A DNA stretch of 64,000 bases from Pseudoflavonifractor sp. GTDB taxonomy: Bacteria > Bacillota > Clostridia > Oscillospirales > Oscillospiraceae. A model generated the notes under the pieces. It did not search any database. It was not told where the DNA came from and saw only the letters and a program-made list of their open reading frames with translations. Shown one piece after another: positions 60,290-64,000 of this stretch. The DNA lies in the NCBI GenBank assembly GCA_034927965.1, contig JAYFPI010000055.1, positions 5,079-69,078 of the forward strand. The letters run 5' to 3'. The position numbers and the translations under genes were made by a program. Every line of letters starts with the position of its first letter. The first letter of the stretch is position 1.

Positions 60290-60404
60290 AATATCTAAAA
60301 AAACAAAAAAATCAGTTGGAATTTTGGCAGACTTGTGGTATACTTTTGATAAGGGGAGTAAGGGACTTCCCCGGCTCCCCGGGAAGAAAGGAGCTGACAG
60401 TTTT

Positions 60405-60941
60405 ATGAAGTTTACGTTTACCGACAAGAAGGTTACTCTGCCCCAAAAAGTCCATGAGTATGCCGAGAAAAAAGTGGGCAAACTGGATCGCTTCTTCCAG
60501 ACGGAGGCAGATGTCTCTGTGGTGTTCAGCGTGGAAAAGGGGCGCAACTGTGCTGAAGTGACGATCCGCTCCGGCGGCACGATCCTCCGTGTCTCCGAGA
60601 GCACTGCCGATATGTTTGCTTCTATTGATTCCGCCGTGGCCGACATCGAGCGGCAGCTCCGGAAAAATAAAGCCCGTTTGGAAAAGCGCCTGCGCAAGGA
60701 TGCTTTTGTCCGTATGCCGGATGAGACCTCCTTTGTTCCCGATGAGCCTGAAGAGGTGTATCGTTTGGTACGCACCAAGCGGTTCCCCATTAAGCCTATG
60801 ACGGTGGAGGAGGCGGTGCTCCAAATGAATCTGGTGGATCACACGTTCTTTGCCTTTAAGAATGAAGATGCCGACGGTGCCTTTTCTGTGGTTTACCGGA
60901 GAGACAACGGGGGCTACGGTCTCATTGAGGACGATACCTGA
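60405..60941 (+). CDS. hpf: Long ribosome hibernation promoting factor
   Basis: YAEKK..KLDRFF, ERQLRKNK and KPM..EEA.LQM. Confidence 0.93.
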   Translation: MKFTFTDKKVTLPQKVHEYAEKKVGKLDRFFQTEADVSVVFSVEKGRNCAEVTIRSGGTILRVSESTADMFASIDSAVADIERQLRKNKARLEKRLRKDAFVRMPDETSFVPDEPEEVYRLVRTKRFPIKPMTVEEAVLQMNLVDHTFFAFKNEDADGAFSVVYRRDNGGYGLIEDDT

Positions 60942-61089
60942 CCCCATAGCAGTACAAAAACGGACCGTGGGATACTGCCCACGGTCCGTTTTTCGGATTT
61001 CTCGGCGGAAAGTTCCAGATCTCCCGTTTGCAAATGTCCTACACTGTGCTATACTAAAAAATAACACCAAGAGATAAAGGGGAAAAACC

Positions 61090-61842
61090 ATGAGTGAATG
61101 CTTGAAAGCTGTCGTTTTGGCGGCAGGAAAGGGCACTCGGCTACGCACAGAGGGAGTGGATCTGCCCAAGGTCCTCCGTCTGGCCAACGGGAGACCCTTG
61201 CTGAGCTATGTCCTGGAAGCACTGGATTTTTTGCCGGTCCGGGACACCATATTGGTGGTGGGTTATGAAGGGGAGAAAGTCACCGGAGCATTTCCCGGTT
61301 ACCCTCACGCCCACCAGAGTCCCCAGCTGGGCACCGGTCACGCCGTGCAGTGCGCCCAAGGGGCGTTGAAAGGCTTTGATGGACATGTCCTGATCTGCTG
61401 CGGGGACATGCCCCTTATGGGCAGGGCAGCCTATAAAAAACTGTGGGAGACGCACCTGGCCCAAGGCAACACCTGTACGCTGATGGCAGGCATTGCGGAT
61501 CAGCCCCTGCCCTACGGACGGATTCTCCGGGATGAGGGGGGGGGATTTGCCCGCATTGTGGAAGACAAGGACTGTACTCCGGAGGAGCTGGCCGTCAAGG
61601 AGCTTAACGCTGGGGTATATATATTCCGATCCCGGGAGCTGTGGAGGGCTTTGACCACTTTGCGCCCAGACAACGCGCAGGGGGAATACTACCTGACGGA
61701 TGCCCCCGCCTGGCTTCTGCGCCAGGGAGAGAAGGTTGGGGTCTGCGCGGCCTGTACCCCGGAGGAGATGCTGGGGGTCAATACCCCCGAGCAGCTCAGC
61801 CAGGTGGAAACCATCTTGAAACAGCGGGAGGAAGTAAGATGA
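61090..61842 (+). CDS. Stand-alone GlmU N-terminal-like nucleotidyltransferase
   Basis: LAAGKGTR, PK, QLGTGHA, GD.PL, YGRI and EYYLTD; no hexapeptide domain. Confidence 0.85.
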   Translation: MSECLKAVVLAAGKGTRLRTEGVDLPKVLRLANGRPLLSYVLEALDFLPVRDTILVVGYEGEKVTGAFPGYPHAHQSPQLGTGHAVQCAQGALKGFDGHVLICCGDMPLMGRAAYKKLWETHLAQGNTCTLMAGIADQPLPYGRILRDEGGGFARIVEDKDCTPEELAVKELNAGVYIFRSRELWRALTTLRPDNAQGEYYLTDAPAWLLRQGEKVGVCAACTPEEMLGVNTPEQLSQVETILKQREEVR

Positions 61843-62645
61843 ACGTTTTTATCAGCGCCGACATTGAGGGGACCTGCGGAATCACAGACTGGTCAGAGAC
61901 CGAGCGCTCTACCCCCCGAGACTATGTGCCCTTTCAGAAGCAGATGACCCGGGAGGTTCGGGCGGCCTGTGACGGGGCGATCACCGGCGGGGCCGGACAG
62001 ATCTTTGTCAAGGACGCCCACGACTCGGCCCGGAACATCGACCCCGCCGCACTTCCCGAGTGTGCTCGGATGATGCGGGGATGGACGGGGGACCCCCTGT
62101 CCATGATGAGCGGTCTGGACGGCGGAGACTATGGCGCAGTGCTCTTTACCGGTTACCACGCATGGGCCTCCTGCGGAGGCAATCCCCTCTCCCACACCAT
62201 GAATCGGTGCAACGAGTATGTCACCCTCAACGGGACCCGGATGAGTGAGTTCATGATGAACGCCTATACCGCCGGCTATTACGAGGTCCCCGTGGTATTC
62301 CTCTCTGGGGACAAGGCGCTGTGTGATTTCGCCGAGGAGTTCATTCCGGGCATCGTCACCGTGCCTGTAAACGAAGGGCGCGGCGGCGCGGTGGTATCCA
62401 TGCACCCCGACGCGGCGGTGAAGGCCATCAAGGAAGGGGCCAAGCGAGGGATGAAGAACGCCAAGAACTGCATGGTACCCATGCCGGACTTCTTCGAGAT
62501 GACGGTGCGTTTTAAGGAGCACACCGTGGCTTACTCTAAAAGTTTCTATCCTGGAGCCGCTCTGGAGGATGAGAAGAACGTGTGTTTTTCGTCCGACGAC
62601 TGGTTTGAGATGCTCCGCTTCAGCCACTTTGTGCTCAGCGATTGA
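61839..62645 (+). CDS. M55-family D-aminopeptidase (DppA-like)
   Basis: SADIEG, DAH, GYH...LSHT and SGD. Confidence 0.9.
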   Translation: MNVFISADIEGTCGITDWSETERSTPRDYVPFQKQMTREVRAACDGAITGGAGQIFVKDAHDSARNIDPAALPECARMMRGWTGDPLSMMSGLDGGDYGAVLFTGYHAWASCGGNPLSHTMNRCNEYVTLNGTRMSEFMMNAYTAGYYEVPVVFLSGDKALCDFAEEFIPGIVTVPVNEGRGGAVVSMHPDAAVKAIKEGAKRGMKNAKNCMVPMPDFFEMTVRFKEHTVAYSKSFYPGAALEDEKNVCFSSDDWFEMLRFSHFVLSD

Positions 62646-62656
62646 GGATGGTGAAT

Positions 62657-63415
62657 ATGGAGGGAAACGAATCCCGGCTGGCCGTGCTGATCGACGCCGA
62701 TAATGCGCCCCGCACCGCCCTGAGTGAGATCCTGGAGGAGTGCGTAAAATATGGCACGCCCACCGTCAAGCGGATCTATGGGGATTGGACCATGAACAAC
62801 ATGGATTCCTGGAAGCCCCTTTTGCTGGAAAATGCCATCATTCCCATCCAGCAATACAGCTATACCACCGGAAAAAACTCCACCGACTCGGCCATGATCA
62901 TTGACGCCATGGATATTCTCTATTCCCAGCGGGTGGACGGCTTTGTGCTGGTGTCCAGTGATTCCGACTTTACCCGGCTGGCCTTGCGCCTGCGAGAGGC
63001 GGGGATGCGGGTCTACGGCATCGGAGAGCGCAAGACACCCTCTCCCTTTATTGCCGCCTGCGACAAGTTTATTTATGTGGAAGTCATTCGGAACAAGCCG
63101 GTGGAGAAGCAGGAGGAGCGGGCCGAGACACCAACCCCTTCTCCCGCGGCCCGCAAACCCATTCCCCAGAAAATTGTGCGTTTCCTGTCTTCTACGGTGC
63201 AGGATATTTCAGACGAGGACGGCTGGGCGTTTATGGGAGAGCTTGGGACGGCGCTGTCCAAGAAACGGCCTGATTTTGACCCCCGGAACTACGGATTTGA
63301 GAAGCTCACCAATCTGGTAAAATCTATCGACCGCTTTGAGATCGACGCCCGGCCCACCAGCGCTCCCCACGTCAAGCATATCTACGTCCGGGACAAGAAG
63401 GCCCGGGGAGGCTGA
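62657..63415 (+). CDS. NYN-domain (LabA/DUF88) protein with C-terminal OST-HTH/LOTUS
   Basis: LIDADN, YGDW, KNSTD, SSDSDF and PDFDPRNYG. Confidence 0.9.
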   Translation: MEGNESRLAVLIDADNAPRTALSEILEECVKYGTPTVKRIYGDWTMNNMDSWKPLLLENAIIPIQQYSYTTGKNSTDSAMIIDAMDILYSQRVDGFVLVSSDSDFTRLALRLREAGMRVYGIGERKTPSPFIAACDKFIYVEVIRNKPVEKQEERAETPTPSPAARKPIPQKIVRFLSSTVQDISDEDGWAFMGELGTALSKKRPDFDPRNYGFEKLTNLVKSIDRFEIDARPTSAPHVKHIYVRDKKARGG

Positions 63416-63561
63416 GAGAAAACAAATTCAGGCAGGTATCTGCAGATACAGATACCTGCCTGAATTTTCTTGAACAGATACCGTTTGACGGGCCTCCGCC
63501 ATTGAAATTTGTATTCAGACACAGTATAATAAAACATGCTTTTTTGGAGGAGGGAGAACGG

Positions 63562-64000
63562 ATGAAGAAACTGGAAAAACTGCCGATCCCTCTGCTTACC
63601 TGGTATCGGGAGAACGCCCGGGTGCTGCCCTGGCGGAGCGATCCTACCCCATACCATGTGTGGGTGTCCGAGATTATGCTCCAGCAGACACGGGTGGCGG
63701 CGGTGCTGGATTACTACCGCCGCTTTCTGGAGGCGCTGCCTGCGGTGGCCGATCTGGCTGCCTGCCCCGAGGACGAACTCATGAAGCTTTGGCAGGGTCT
63801 GGGCTATTACAGTCGGGCAAGGAACCTGCAAAAGGCAGCCCGTCAGGTAATGGATGAGTTTGGCGGTACATTTCCGTCGAATTACGACGCGATTCGCTCT
63901 CTGGCAGGGGTGGGGGACTACACCGCGGGCGCCATCTCGTCGATTGCCTTCGGGATTCCCGTCCCAGCGGTGGACGGCAACGTCCTGCGGGTGGTGAGCC
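63562..64000 (+). CDS. mutY: A/G-specific adenine glycosylase (partial)
   Basis: LPWR, VSEIMLQQT, WQGLGYYSRARNL, GVGDYTAGA and VDGNVLRV. Confidence 0.96.
   Translation, partial: MKKLEKLPIPLLTWYRENARVLPWRSDPTPYHVWVSEIMLQQTRVAAVLDYYRRFLEALPAVADLAACPEDELMKLWQGLGYYSRARNLQKAARQVMDEFGGTFPSNYDAIRSLAGVGDYTAGAISSIAFGIPVPAVDGNVLRVVS

Noticed and set aside
62657-63415. NYN protein as part of an anti-phage or toxin-antitoxin system
   Set aside because: Widespread NYN-LOTUS architecture in a housekeeping context, with no partner defence genes

Overview
GC-rich chromosomal window from a spore-forming Clostridia bacterium; gene content and style suggest Oscillospiraceae (inference). Most of it is housekeeping or metabolic: pyrC-pyrF, glmS, reverse rubrerythrin, a sensory-type [FeFe]-hydrogenase module, serC-serA, a GntR/ABC operon, rpiB, a protein O-mannosyltransferase, CIRCE-hrcA-grpE-dnaK-dnaJ, an acyl-CoA/ETF cluster with a sigma54 activator, gap, a two-component system plus HtrA, hpf and mutY. 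The main finding is a ~5.5-kb prophage remnant (3376-8855) encoding an intact large serine recombinase. It splits a spore LysM-LysM-GH18 hydrolase gene (YaaH/SleL/YdhD family) in two. Both ends carry a GTATA core, and the predicted excision-circle junction has inverted arms centred on a GT dinucleotide. Excision would restore an in-frame 428-aa gene (...TYEWGYT|YGPPMAVAP...), as in skin-type developmental gene rearrangement. The element also carries three small related genes, each behind a forespore (sigmaF/sigmaG)-like promoter. Secondary findings include a candidate anti-SD small RNA, a His-less kinase-like gene behind two Spo0A boxes, and a pyr leader attenuator. All calls come from reading the sequence by eye; no database searches were run.
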